The notes beneath the pieces were generated by a model. It made no database searches. It had not been told where the DNA came from and worked only from the letters and a program-made list of their open reading frames with translations. A program made the position numbers and the translations under genes. A DNA stretch of 63,867 nucleotides, filler included. It is 5 parts of 5 records of this genome, joined end to end, with 100 filler letters (N's around TTAATTAATTAA, not from the genome) between each part and the next. Parts side by side here need not be neighbours in the genome. Positions count along the whole stretch, not along the records: positions 30,542 to 58,244 come from DRR723986_5196; 4 more parts are not named here. One strand, written 5' to 3'. Numbering within the stretch: the first letter of the stretch is position 1; each line of letters begins with the position of its first letter. Below, piece after piece: positions 30,543 to 39,726 of the stretch.

Positions 30543-30902
30543 GACCGCGCACGCACCAGCGTGACCGACTTTTCCGCGCTGGGCTTGGTGGAAATGACCC
30601 GCAAACGCACCCGCGAAAGCCTGGCCCATTTGTTGTGCGAACCCTGCCCAAGCTGCCAAGGCAAGGGGCAGGTTAAAACAGCCCAAACCGTGGCCTATGA
30701 AATCATGCGGGAAATTGTGCGTGAAAGCCGCCAGTTCAACCCCAAAGAATTTCGCATACTGGCCAGCCCAGCGGTGATCGACCTGTTTCTGGAAGAAGAG
30801 GCCCAACACTTGGGCATGCTGGAAGAGTTTGTAGGAAAGCCGATTACCCTGCAGGTGGACAACCTGTTTGTGCAGGAACATTACGACATTATTTTGACCT
30901 GA
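30543..30902 (+). CDS. rng: Ribonuclease G, C-terminal part (5' truncated)
   Basis: LGLVEMTRKRTRESL, CPSCQGKG Zn-link, short C-terminus. Confidence 0.93.
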   Translation, partial: DRARTSVTDFSALGLVEMTRKRTRESLAHLLCEPCPSCQGKGQVKTAQTVAYEIMREIVRESRQFNPKEFRILASPAVIDLFLEEEAQHLGMLEEFVGKPITLQVDNLFVQEHYDIILT

Positions 30903-30912
30903 CCTAAGCGCG

Positions 30913-32091
30913 ATGAACCTGAGCCAAGCCAGCCAGCAACGCCTAGAACTTTTGGCCCAAGACAGCAGCAAGCGCGTGTTGCTGCCTTGCCCCATCGACC
31001 AGCGTGTATACGATTTTTCCAGCAATGATTATTTGTGCCTGGCCCAGCGCGGCGACATTGTAGAGGCCGGCCATGAATGCGCGAAAAGATACGGTGCGGG
31101 TGCGACCGGCTCGCGTTTGTTGTCAGGCAACCTCGACTGCTTTGAAGAACTGGAATTCCAAGTTGCACAATTCAAAAACGCTGAAGCTGCACTTGTTTTC
31201 TCAAGTGGCTATCAAGCCAACGCCAGCGGGCTTGCTGCACTACTCGATAAAACATTGTGGAGCGGTGCTGAACCATTGGTGTTCACCGACCGCCTGAACC
31301 ACGCCAGCTTGCACCATGCCTGCCAGTTGGCGGGGGTGAAGCAGATTCGGTTTCGCCACAACGACATGGTGCATTTGGCAGAATTGCTGAGCAAACACCA
31401 GGAATCAAGCCAGCCGAAAGTCATCGTTTCGGAAACCGTATTCGGCATGGAAGGAGATTTGCTGCCGATCGAACAACTTTCGGGGCTTGCCCTTCAACAC
31501 AAAGCTGTGGTGTACCTGGACGAAGCCCACGCCACGGGCGTTTGGGGACCTGAAGGTCGAGGCCTTGGAGCGATTCAACACCCCGCCATAGATGCGCTGA
31601 AAACCTTGGGGCACTGGGTAATCATGGGCACCTTCAGCAAGGCTGTGGGGGTAAGCGGTGCTTACATCGCGTGCAGTGAAATATTCAAACAATACCTGAT
31701 CAACCGTTGCACGGGCTTTGTCTATTCCACTGCGCCCTCGCCTTTTGTGATTGGCGCGGTTGGCAAAGCATTGGAAATTATTCTGGGGATGAATACCGAA
31801 CGTTCCGCGCTGCACACCGCCGCCGACACACTGCGAGAGCGAGTGCATGAGTTGGGCTTCGACACGGGCTTGTCGAACACCCACATTGTTCCCTTGGTGG
31901 TGGGCAGTAACGTTGCCTGCCTCGAACTCAAGGCCCATTTGCAACAGGCAGGCATTCGAACCTCTGCCGTACGCCCTCCCACCGTGCCCCCCAATGCCGC
32001 ACGGGTTCGGCTTGCACTGAACACCGGCCACACCCTTGCAGTGTATGAGCAACTGCTCCACGCACTGGCCAGCTGGAAGGTGAGCACATGA
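30913..32091 (+). CDS. bioF: 8-amino-7-oxononanoate synthase
   Basis: FSSNDYL, GATGSRLLSG, DRLNHAS, DEAHATG, GTFSKA, VRPPTVP. Confidence 0.96.
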   Translation: MNLSQASQQRLELLAQDSSKRVLLPCPIDQRVYDFSSNDYLCLAQRGDIVEAGHECAKRYGAGATGSRLLSGNLDCFEELEFQVAQFKNAEAALVFSSGYQANASGLAALLDKTLWSGAEPLVFTDRLNHASLHHACQLAGVKQIRFRHNDMVHLAELLSKHQESSQPKVIVSETVFGMEGDLLPIEQLSGLALQHKAVVYLDEAHATGVWGPEGRGLGAIQHPAIDALKTLGHWVIMGTFSKAVGVSGAYIACSEIFKQYLINRCTGFVYSTAPSPFVIGAVGKALEIILGMNTERSALHTAADTLRERVHELGFDTGLSNTHIVPLVVGSNVACLELKAHLQQAGIRTSAVRPPTVPPNAARVRLALNTGHTLAVYEQLLHALASWKVST

Positions 32092-32858
32092 AGCAGCCCG
32101 AAATAACGCAAGTGCTGTTGATGGCCCACGGCTGGGGTTACAACCACCGTTTCTTCAATGCCTTGCTGAATACACTTCCCGCAAATACACGCGAGACTAC
32201 CTTGTTTGTTTGCCTGGAAGCGGGTTACTTTCCAGAGCAAGCCAGACAAGGTTTGATGATTCATACCCCCGGTATCAGCACGCAAGACCAATGGGTACAC
32301 TACACGGCAGAAGTGCTACACAGCTTGGTGCTTGCTTACGCCGATGTACCTTGGCTAGGCCTGGGGCATTCACTGGGGTTTTCAAAACTGCTGGATTTTT
32401 CAGTGCGATGGCACAGCCTGTTGAGCATTCATGGCTTTACTCACTTTGTGAAAGGCGATTCCAACACCCAAGGCACTCCACCGCGTTTGCTGTCTCGCAT
32501 GATCCAGAAAGCAGAACAGAATATGCCAGAGGTATTGCGCGACTTTCACAACCGCTGCGGGCACCATGCGCAATGGGCCACCCTGGATGAACAAACGTTA
32601 TTGACTGACCTTCGCAGCATGCAAGAGTTGAACGCAGCACAGGCATTGCAACAGGCCCTTTCCCATGGCGCCGAATTACACGCCTGGGCCAGCAACACGG
32701 ATGAAATAGTGCCACTGGCTTTGGCACTGCAATGCTTTGAGCACACGCTGAAACAGCAAAACCGCGAGTTGCATACACTGGCTTCCGAGCACGCAGGCAT
32801 TGCCACCGCCCCTGCGCGGTATACTGGCACCTTGTTGCCCCTTCTCAGCCAGCATTAA
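32088..32858 (+). CDS. Alpha/beta hydrolase, probable pimeloyl-ACP methyl ester esterase (BioH-position, divergent)
   Basis: HGWG oxyanion motif, GHSLG nucleophile elbow, candidate Asp (NTDEIVP) and His (SEHAG); overlaps bioF and precedes bioC. Confidence 0.7.
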   Translation: MKQPEITQVLLMAHGWGYNHRFFNALLNTLPANTRETTLFVCLEAGYFPEQARQGLMIHTPGISTQDQWVHYTAEVLHSLVLAYADVPWLGLGHSLGFSKLLDFSVRWHSLLSIHGFTHFVKGDSNTQGTPPRLLSRMIQKAEQNMPEVLRDFHNRCGHHAQWATLDEQTLLTDLRSMQELNAAQALQQALSHGAELHAWASNTDEIVPLALALQCFEHTLKQQNRELHTLASEHAGIATAPARYTGTLLPLLSQH

Positions 32859-32875
32859 TTTCAAGCTGCATTGAA

Positions 32876-33676
32876 ATGTCTGAAAACGCCTTGCCGCGAA
32901 AACTGAATTCTGCCCAGGCTGCCTCACGCCGCTTTTCCGATGCTGCCCGCGATTACGATCACCACGCGCGCGTACAAAAACATTCAGCCCAACACCTGTG
33001 TCAGTGGCTGGATCAAATGCTGCCTGTCGACTTCAACCCCAAAGCTTGTGTAGATGTGGGCAGCGGCACCGGGTTTTTAACCGAGCATTTGCTGAACAAG
33101 TTTCCCGAAAGTGCGGTGCATGCCGTCGATTTGGCGCAAGGCATGCTAACCGAATTAACGCGCAAGTACCCCACTGAACGCCTGCACACCCACTTGCTCA
33201 ATGGCGAGGAACTGGCTGTTGAGCACCTATGGATCCCGAACCATTCCCTGCTGGTGTCAGGTATGTGTGCGCAATGGTTCAGCAATATCGAGGAAGCGAT
33301 TCGACGTTGGCTTTCGGTGTCGAACACGGTGGCTTTCAGCGTACTGCTGGATGGCTCCTTTCAAGCCTGGGAAGTGGCACACGAGGACACCGGGCAAACC
33401 AGTGGTTTACGGGCTCTGCCTCGCGACGATGACTTGCAGGACATCATGAATGCATTGGTCGCTGAAGGCATTGCTGCAAGCACTGCTCACCACACCAAAG
33501 ACTTTCTGGACCATCACCCCGATGGGCTTTCCTTTGCACGCAGCCTGCGTGCCATTGGCGCAGACCAACCCCGCGTGAACCACACGCCGGTTAATTTGCG
33601 CAAGGTGATATCCGCCTTGGGCGAAGCCTGCACCATGAACTACCACATTGGTTTTTACTACCTGGAACGGCCGTGA
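32876..33676 (+). CDS. bioC: Malonyl-ACP O-methyltransferase
   Basis: FSDAARDYDHHARVQ, VDVGSGTG SAM motif, QWF, SLRAIGA. Confidence 0.88.
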   Translation: MSENALPRKLNSAQAASRRFSDAARDYDHHARVQKHSAQHLCQWLDQMLPVDFNPKACVDVGSGTGFLTEHLLNKFPESAVHAVDLAQGMLTELTRKYPTERLHTHLLNGEELAVEHLWIPNHSLLVSGMCAQWFSNIEEAIRRWLSVSNTVAFSVLLDGSFQAWEVAHEDTGQTSGLRALPRDDDLQDIMNALVAEGIAASTAHHTKDFLDHHPDGLSFARSLRAIGADQPRVNHTPVNLRKVISALGEACTMNYHIGFYYLERP

Positions 33677-34290
33677 AACATTTGTTTGTAACTGGCACCG
33701 ACACCGGCATCGGAAAAACGATTGTGAGTGCTTGGCTGTGCACTCACTGGCAAGCAGATTACTGGAAGCCGGTGCAAAGCGGGCTCGAGGGTGGCAGCGA
33801 CAGCGAGTGGATTGCCCGCCTGAGCGGACGGGCGGTACACCCGGAACTTTACCGTTTGACCCAGCCCTTGTCGCCCCACCAGGCCGCTGACATCGATGGG
33901 GTCAAAATTCAACTGACCGATTTTGCACTTCCCACAGCTGAACGACTCGTGGTGGAAGGCGCCGGCGGTTGCCTGGTGCCCCTGAACTGGCGGGACACCA
34001 TGCTCGACCTCATGAAACACCTGGGCAGTTGCGCTTTGTTGGTGGCCCGCAGCGGGCTCGGTACCATCAACCACACCTGCCTTTCATTGCAGGCCTTGAA
34101 ATCCGCTGGCGTGCCTGTGCTGGGCGTGGTGATGGTGGGTGAGACCAACCCTGCCAATCGCGAGGCGATCGAACATTTTGGTGAAGTGCCGGTGTTGGCT
34201 GAATTGCCTGTGTTCAGTGAGTTGAAGGAACAGGCGCTTGAGGAATATGCCATGCCAGAGCGCCTTGTTCGTGCGCTCGATAGCCTGTGA
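33673..34290 (+). CDS. bioD: Dethiobiotin synthetase
   Basis: FVTGTDTGIGKT, YWKPVQSG, VEGAGG, LGTINHT. Confidence 0.96.
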   Translation: MKHLFVTGTDTGIGKTIVSAWLCTHWQADYWKPVQSGLEGGSDSEWIARLSGRAVHPELYRLTQPLSPHQAADIDGVKIQLTDFALPTAERLVVEGAGGCLVPLNWRDTMLDLMKHLGSCALLVARSGLGTINHTCLSLQALKSAGVPVLGVVMVGETNPANREAIEHFGEVPVLAELPVFSELKEQALEEYAMPERLVRALDSL

Positions 34291-34305
34291 GCACGTACAA
34301 CCCGC

Positions 34306-35652
34306 ATGAAACAACTCTCTCACACCGAATTGCTTGAACTGGATGCGCAATACTGCTGGCACCCCTTCACGCAAATGCAAACCGCTTCGCCACCCTTGGC
34401 AGTGGTACGTGGTGAAGGTGAGTTTTTGGTCGATGCCCAAGGCAACAAGTACTTTGATGCCGTTTCAAGCTGGTGGGTGAATATTCATGGGCACAGCAAC
34501 CCCACCATTGCGAAGGCGATTGCACAACAAGCACTTGAGCTTGAACATGTGATGTTCGCAGGTGTAACCCACCCGCCCGCTGTGCGTTTGGCTGAGCGCC
34601 TGATTCAGCAGGCCCCGATCCCCATGGCCAAGGTTTTTTACTCCGACAATGGGTCCACTGCCATTGAAGTGGCCCTGAAAATGGCTTTTCAGTATTGGCA
34701 GAACAAGGGTGTCATCAATAAAAAACGGATCGTCGCTCTACAAGGTGGCTATCACGGAGACACTTTCGGTGCCATGGCCACTGGGAAGTCCAGCGGTTTT
34801 TATGATCCCTTCGCGCCCTGGCTGTTTCAGGTTGATTTCATCCCCACAGGGGTGTGCGCCTGCACTGAGGAAGAAGCTTTGGCTTCACTCGACCAGTTGT
34901 TGGCCAGTCACAGCCATGAAGTTGCCGCCCTTATTCTGGAGCCATTGATTCAAGGTGCCAGCGGTATGCGATTCATGCGCCCAGCCCACGTGGCTGAACT
35001 GTGCAAACGCTGTGAAGCCGCAGGCGTGCTGGTGATATTCGATGAGGTATTCACAGGCTTCGGTAGAACAGGCACCCTGTTTGCCGCCGAACAAGTGGCA
35101 CAGTTTGGTGGACAAGCCGACATCATTTGTATTTCAAAAGGGCTTACCGGCGGCTTCATGCCCATGGCAGCCACACTCACCAGCCAAGCGGTGTACGACG
35201 CGTTTTTAAGCGACCAGGTTGGCCATGCCCTGCTGCACGGCCATTCCTACACCGCAAACCCATTGGGTTGCGCTGCAGCCCTGGCCAGCCTCGCCTTGTT
35301 CGATGAAGAAAGCACATGGGCGAACATTCACCGCATTGAAGCCACCCACCAGCGCTGGTTACCCACCTTGGCTTGCCACCCCCTGATTGAAAACCCGCGC
35401 GTGTGCAGCACCGTGGCGGCCTTTGAGCTAAAATCCAGTCACAGTCAGTACGGTTCAAGCGCGAGTCAATGGATACGCCAAACGTTTCTCGAATTGGGCA
35501 TTGTGGTACGACCCTTGGGTAACACCGTGTATTGGGTACCGCCTTATTGTACCGAGCCCGAGACACTGGAGAACGCCTACCAAACACTGATGCAAGTATT
35601 ACAACGCTGGGGCAGACTGATTGCACCCGGCCCTGGAAGCGAATTGTTCTGA
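34306..35652 (+). CDS. bioA: Adenosylmethionine-8-amino-7-oxononanoate aminotransferase
   Basis: WHPFTQM, SSWWVNIHGH, YHGDTFGAM, DEVFTGFGRTG, SKGLTGG. Confidence 0.96.
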   Translation: MKQLSHTELLELDAQYCWHPFTQMQTASPPLAVVRGEGEFLVDAQGNKYFDAVSSWWVNIHGHSNPTIAKAIAQQALELEHVMFAGVTHPPAVRLAERLIQQAPIPMAKVFYSDNGSTAIEVALKMAFQYWQNKGVINKKRIVALQGGYHGDTFGAMATGKSSGFYDPFAPWLFQVDFIPTGVCACTEEEALASLDQLLASHSHEVAALILEPLIQGASGMRFMRPAHVAELCKRCEAAGVLVIFDEVFTGFGRTGTLFAAEQVAQFGGQADIICISKGLTGGFMPMAATLTSQAVYDAFLSDQVGHALLHGHSYTANPLGCAAALASLALFDEESTWANIHRIEATHQRWLPTLACHPLIENPRVCSTVAAFELKSSHSQYGSSASQWIRQTFLELGIVVRPLGNTVYWVPPYCTEPETLENAYQTLMQVLQRWGRLIAPGPGSELF

Positions 35653-35655
35653 AGG

Positions 35656-36657
35656 ATGCACATGGAAAGCCAAATTACCTGGGTTGAAAACAAAAAAACA
35701 GCCCCACCCGCCGTTGATCAGCAACGCTGGAGCGTCGAGGCCATTGAAGCCCTGTTCGCACTCCCGTTCAACGACCTTATTTTCAAAGCGCAGCAGGTGC
35801 ACCGCGAGCATTTCGATGCGAACACCGTGCAGTTGTCCACCCTGCTGTCGATTAAAACCGGCGGCTGCCCGGAAGACTGTGGTTATTGCCCCCAATCGGC
35901 CAAATACAACACTGGCGTAGAAGCAGAAAAGCTGATGCCCATCGATGAAGTGCTGAAAGCCGCACAAGCCGCCAAAGACAAGGGCGCCACACGTTTTTGC
36001 ATGGGTGCAGCATGGCGCAGCCCCAAAGACCACCAGGTTGAAGCTGTGGGCGAAATGGTTGCCGCAGTCAAGGCCATGGGCTTGGAAACCTGCGTCACAC
36101 TGGGCATGCTGAAAGAACACCAGGCCAAACAGCTGCAAGAGGCTGGCCTGGATTATTACAACCACAACCTGGACACCTCACCCGATTTTTACGGCGACAT
36201 TATCAGCACCCGCACCTACCAAGACCGCCTGGACACACTGGACCGTGTACGCGATGCGGGTATCAAAGTGTGCTGCGGTGGCATTGTGGGTTTGGGTGAA
36301 ACGGTAACCCAGCGGGCCGGGCTAATCGCCCAACTGGCCAACATGGCCGAACCGCCCGAGAGTGTGCCTATCAATAATTTGGTGAAAGTTGAAGGCACAC
36401 CACTGGCGAACAACGAAGAAATCGATCCACTCGATTTTGTACGCACCATCGCCGTGGCTCGCATCACCATGCCCACCAGTTTTGTGCGTTTGTCAGCCGG
36501 CCGCGAGAGCATGAATGAGAGCACCCAAGCGCTTTGTTTCTTGGCGGGTGCCAATTCAATTTTCTACGGCGAAAAACTGTTGGTAACAGACAACCCGGAA
36601 TTGGAACGTGACACCCAGTTGTTTGAGAAACTGGGCTTAAAGCGACTTGAGAATTAA
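35656..36657 (+). CDS. bioB: Biotin synthase (radical SAM)
   Basis: [32 protein letters not shown]. Confidence 0.98.
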   Translation: MHMESQITWVENKKTAPPAVDQQRWSVEAIEALFALPFNDLIFKAQQVHREHFDANTVQLSTLLSIKTGGCPEDCGYCPQSAKYNTGVEAEKLMPIDEVLKAAQAAKDKGATRFCMGAAWRSPKDHQVEAVGEMVAAVKAMGLETCVTLGMLKEHQAKQLQEAGLDYYNHNLDTSPDFYGDIISTRTYQDRLDTLDRVRDAGIKVCCGGIVGLGETVTQRAGLIAQLANMAEPPESVPINNLVKVEGTPLANNEEIDPLDFVRTIAVARITMPTSFVRLSAGRESMNESTQALCFLAGANSIFYGEKLLVTDNPELERDTQLFEKLGLKRLEN

Positions 36658-36851
36658 GCAGCTAAACCCATTGTTTTTAATCAAGAAATTCCAAACAGCA
36701 GGTTCAAATACCTGAGTCAAATCAATGGTTTGGCGGGGTGAAGGCAGGCCTTCTCCCGCTTTATCCACACCAAAATTACGCGCATAATTAAAGCCTTGCA
36801 TGCGAAACAGCGCAAATCGCTTGAATTGCTGCTGTTGAAGGGAATAAGAAC

Positions 36852-37253
36852 ATGAAAAAAACATTATTTTGTGCCTGCTTGGTGCTAACACCTTTGCTGG
36901 CACCCACTTTGGCCAGTGCCCAAGCTGGCGGCGTCACCCTGAATATCGATGGGCAAAACCCGTTGAGCAAATGGGGCCGCTGGACCAGTTCGGAAAATGG
37001 TGGGCTTGGGTATGGGTTCAGACTGAACCAGGATCGCAACAAAGCCCCCATGAGTGCCCAGTGGGGTACTGGAGATTGGGTATTCAAGCTAAGCCGTGAA
37101 GAAGGCAACAAGTACCCGGATTTGTTTTTTGGCTTGAAGGTATCCGAGAACCAACTTCAAACCACATCGCTGGGTTGCATGAGCAACAGCGGCAGCGCTA
37201 CACGCTACAGCAGCACCTTGTGCGGCGTGCAATTGGACATGAATTTGCAGTAA
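36852..37253 (+). CDS. Hypothetical exported protein
   Basis: RBS-like GAAGGGAA, signal peptide MKKTLF...ASAQA, beta-strand-like content, two C-terminal Cys, followed by a terminator. Confidence 0.7.
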   Translation: MKKTLFCACLVLTPLLAPTLASAQAGGVTLNIDGQNPLSKWGRWTSSENGGLGYGFRLNQDRNKAPMSAQWGTGDWVFKLSREEGNKYPDLFFGLKVSENQLQTTSLGCMSNSGSATRYSSTLCGVQLDMNLQ

Positions 37254-37288
37254 TTGATTCGATTGAATCGAGCCAAGTTGAGTTGTAT

Positions 37289-37323
37289 AAAAAAGCACCT
37301 GAGTAAACCAGGTGCTTTTTTTT
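37289..37323 (+). terminator. Intrinsic terminator
   Basis: AAAAAAGCACCTG-AGTAAAC-CAGGTGCTTTTTTTT. Confidence 0.85.
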
Positions 37324-37381
37324 CGCGCGGTTATTTCGGTGCCATATGCGAATGAGTATGCGCGTTGCGCTGGCCGAAATA

Positions 37382-37409
37382 GAAAAAGCCACCCAAAGGT
37401 GGCTTTTTC
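37382..37409 (-). terminator. Intrinsic terminator of the porin gene
   Basis: GAAAAAGCCACC-CAAA-GGTGGCTTTTTC. Confidence 0.85.
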
Positions 37410-37448
37410 AAACTTTGCATTCAAACCAAGCTTAAGCTTGGCGTTGAA

Positions 37449-38609
37449 TTAGAAGTTGTGACGCAGACCGATTGTGAAGTTGTCACGCTCTGTCTTGTTA
37501 CCAACGTTGGCTGCGATTGTTGATGCTTCAACTTCGCTCTCTACGCGGTTGAAACCAACGTAGGTACGTGTACGCTTGCTGAAATCGTAGTAGTAAGCGA
37601 TTTGAGCTTGAGTGTTTTCACGAGCTTCGTTAACCAAGTCGTAACGCTCGGAGTTAGCGTACATACCGAACAGGCCAGAGTTGGCTGTCAAAGGCAATGT
37701 AGCTGACAGGGCGTATTCAATACCGCTGTCTTCGCCGTTAGCGGCGTTGTTGGCTTCGTAAGAGTTTTGAGCTACCAAACCAGCAACGGTGAATGAACCA
37801 AAGTTGTAGGTTGCAACACCCTGAATTGTGCGCTCGATATCAGTTACGCCCAGTGGGTTGTTCAATTCTTGTTGGTCAAAGTTAGCGAAACCACCGCCAA
37901 CTGTCAAATTGCCGACTTTGTAAGTTGCAGCAATTTCAGTTGCGCGGAAGTCGTTTTCTTTCACAGCAGTAGCTGTGTTGTTAGACTGGTCGTTGTCACC
38001 TTGCATGGAGTGGCGAGCATTGATCTGCACACCACCAAAGTTGCCGGCGTAGCCGAAGGAGTTACCCACGCGCTGTTGACGCTGAATGGCCCATGTGTTG
38101 GAAGTAATTGCACCGCCACCACCAACAGTTGTCAGAGGACCACCGTTGTTGGATACAGAACCAATCAATGAAGCCTGGTTGTACAGAGGGGCTTGTGAAT
38201 CGTTACCACCGTCTTGCGAACCAACTACAAACAGACCGTAAGCACCTTTCAGGCCAAGGTATGCGTGACGAGTTGTCATAGCGGTGTTGGTAGTAACGTC
38301 GCCTGTACCCAGGTCAGCAGAACCAGAACCGTCTGCGATATCGTCAGTTGTTACACCGAATTCATAGGCGAAAATGGCGCTCAAGCCACCGCCCAGGTCC
38401 TCAACACCGCGAACGCCCAAACGTGAGGAAGCGTCTTCTACTACGAAGCTACCGCCGGCTTGGTTGGTTACGCCGCCTGTGCGTGTTTCGCCAGACTGGT
38501 GATCCAGAGTTTGGTGGATACGACCGTACAAAGTTACATTTGATGAATCAGCAAATACTGGAGCGGCAAATGCCAGGCCCAGAGCAGCAGCTACTAGCTT
38601 CTTGTTCAT
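37449..38609 (-). CDS. Gram-negative (betaproteobacterial) outer membrane porin
   Basis: MNKKLVAAAL signal, NVTLYG, SRLGVRGVEDLGGGL, YDFSKRT, C-terminal GLRHNF. Confidence 0.95.
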   Translation of the reverse strand: MNKKLVAAALGLAFAAPVFADSSNVTLYGRIHQTLDHQSGETRTGGVTNQAGGSFVVEDASSRLGVRGVEDLGGGLSAIFAYEFGVTTDDIADGSGSADLGTGDVTTNTAMTTRHAYLGLKGAYGLFVVGSQDGGNDSQAPLYNQASLIGSVSNNGGPLTTVGGGGAITSNTWAIQRQQRVGNSFGYAGNFGGVQINARHSMQGDNDQSNNTATAVKENDFRATEIAATYKVGNLTVGGGFANFDQQELNNPLGVTDIERTIQGVATYNFGSFTVAGLVAQNSYEANNAANGEDSGIEYALSATLPLTANSGLFGMYANSERYDLVNEARENTQAQIAYYYDFSKRTRTYVGFNRVESEVEASTIAANVGNKTERDNFTIGLRHNF

Positions 38610-38901
38610 ATTTCACCCTTATTAGTGTTGGTTGAATCTTTGCCGCCATTTCTAGCGGCACGAGAGACAATGTACACGGGGACCCTTGGGCCGACCAACC
38701 AAATCGTGGTGTGAGAATGGGGAAATCGGTGTTTTTGTCGCTGACGTGCAACAGGAGAAATTGATCAAACCCATAGTTTTATGACATCAACAATTCGCCA
38801 AAATCGCCCCAAGAGCCGCAAAAAGCCTTGTGAATGAAAAACTTAGAATTTCAGAGTCAGGTAAAGCCGACACCAAAGCGGGTGACTTCTAAAGCCGCGC
38901 C

Positions 38902-39726
38902 TTAACTGTGACTTTTAACCAACAAGAGACGGTCTGAACGGCCCATTTCAGCACAAATTAGGGTGATGGCCTCTGAAGCGCAGATCACCCGATCCGCGTA
39001 AGCAATCAGGCCCATGGCCTGGGGCAAACCCAGCTGCAACCAATCTGGATGGTGAGTACTTAACTGGCGGGCCAACAAGCGATTGTCACCTACCACTGCA
39101 GCCACCGTTAAATGAACGTTACTGCCCAGCTGCGCCAAGTTGTCGTGCAAGGCTTGCCATTGCATGTCCAAACCGGGTGCATTTTCTTCGGCGTACAGCA
39201 AAACCACCGCCTTGGTCAGGCTCGGCGGTGTTTTGCGATACAGCTGGGTTGCATAAGCCAGGGCTTGGGGCCCGGCCTGTAACAAGGGCCGTTCAGCCTG
39301 AAAAAAAACTGATAACTCTTGCTGTATGAACTTTCCTCCAACACCCAACATTTTCTGCACATGCTGAAACTGCGCTGCGGCGAGCTGATTCAGTTCAGGC
39401 GAAGCGTCCAAGGCCGACACCCCGATACATAGCTCAAGCTTCAAGCCGCGCAGCTTTTTAAACTGGGCGCGTTTTTCCAGGTAATAAGAAAGGCGGCTTT
39501 GCGCAGGGCGGCGAGGTTCAAGGGCACGCAATGGGATGTAAGCGGGTACGCGCTCATCCATTTCGAACAAAAACAGGCGGCCAAGGGGGCCAAACAAAAC
39601 CCAATCCGCACCGGGATATTCAGCCTGCAATTGCCCCCATGCCGCGCGTGCTGCCAGGGCACTGTGCAGCCCTTGGCCAAACCAAACGCCAATTCGCTGA
39701 CTCGCTGGCAAACATCCAGACATCAA
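38902..39726 (-). CDS. Degenerate glycosyltransferase family 9 (heptosyltransferase-like) protein
   Basis: LQAEYPGADWVL and LGLPQAMGLIAYADRVIC follow the GT9 pattern; overlaps the upstream GT4 gene. Confidence 0.55.
   Translation of the reverse strand: MMSGCLPASQRIGVWFGQGLHSALAARAAWGQLQAEYPGADWVLFGPLGRLFLFEMDERVPAYIPLRALEPRRPAQSRLSYYLEKRAQFKKLRGLKLELCIGVSALDASPELNQLAAAQFQHVQKMLGVGGKFIQQELSVFFQAERPLLQAGPQALAYATQLYRKTPPSLTKAVVLLYAEENAPGLDMQWQALHDNLAQLGSNVHLTVAAVVGDNRLLARQLSTHHPDWLQLGLPQAMGLIAYADRVICASEAITLICAEMGRSDRLLLVKSHS

Noticed and set aside
36761-36769. Replication origin
   Set aside because: A single DnaA box with no box cluster, unwinding element or dnaA/gidA context
37324-37381. sRNA between the two back-to-back terminators
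   Set aside because: Only about 58 nt with no promoter; each hairpin is explained by its own convergent gene
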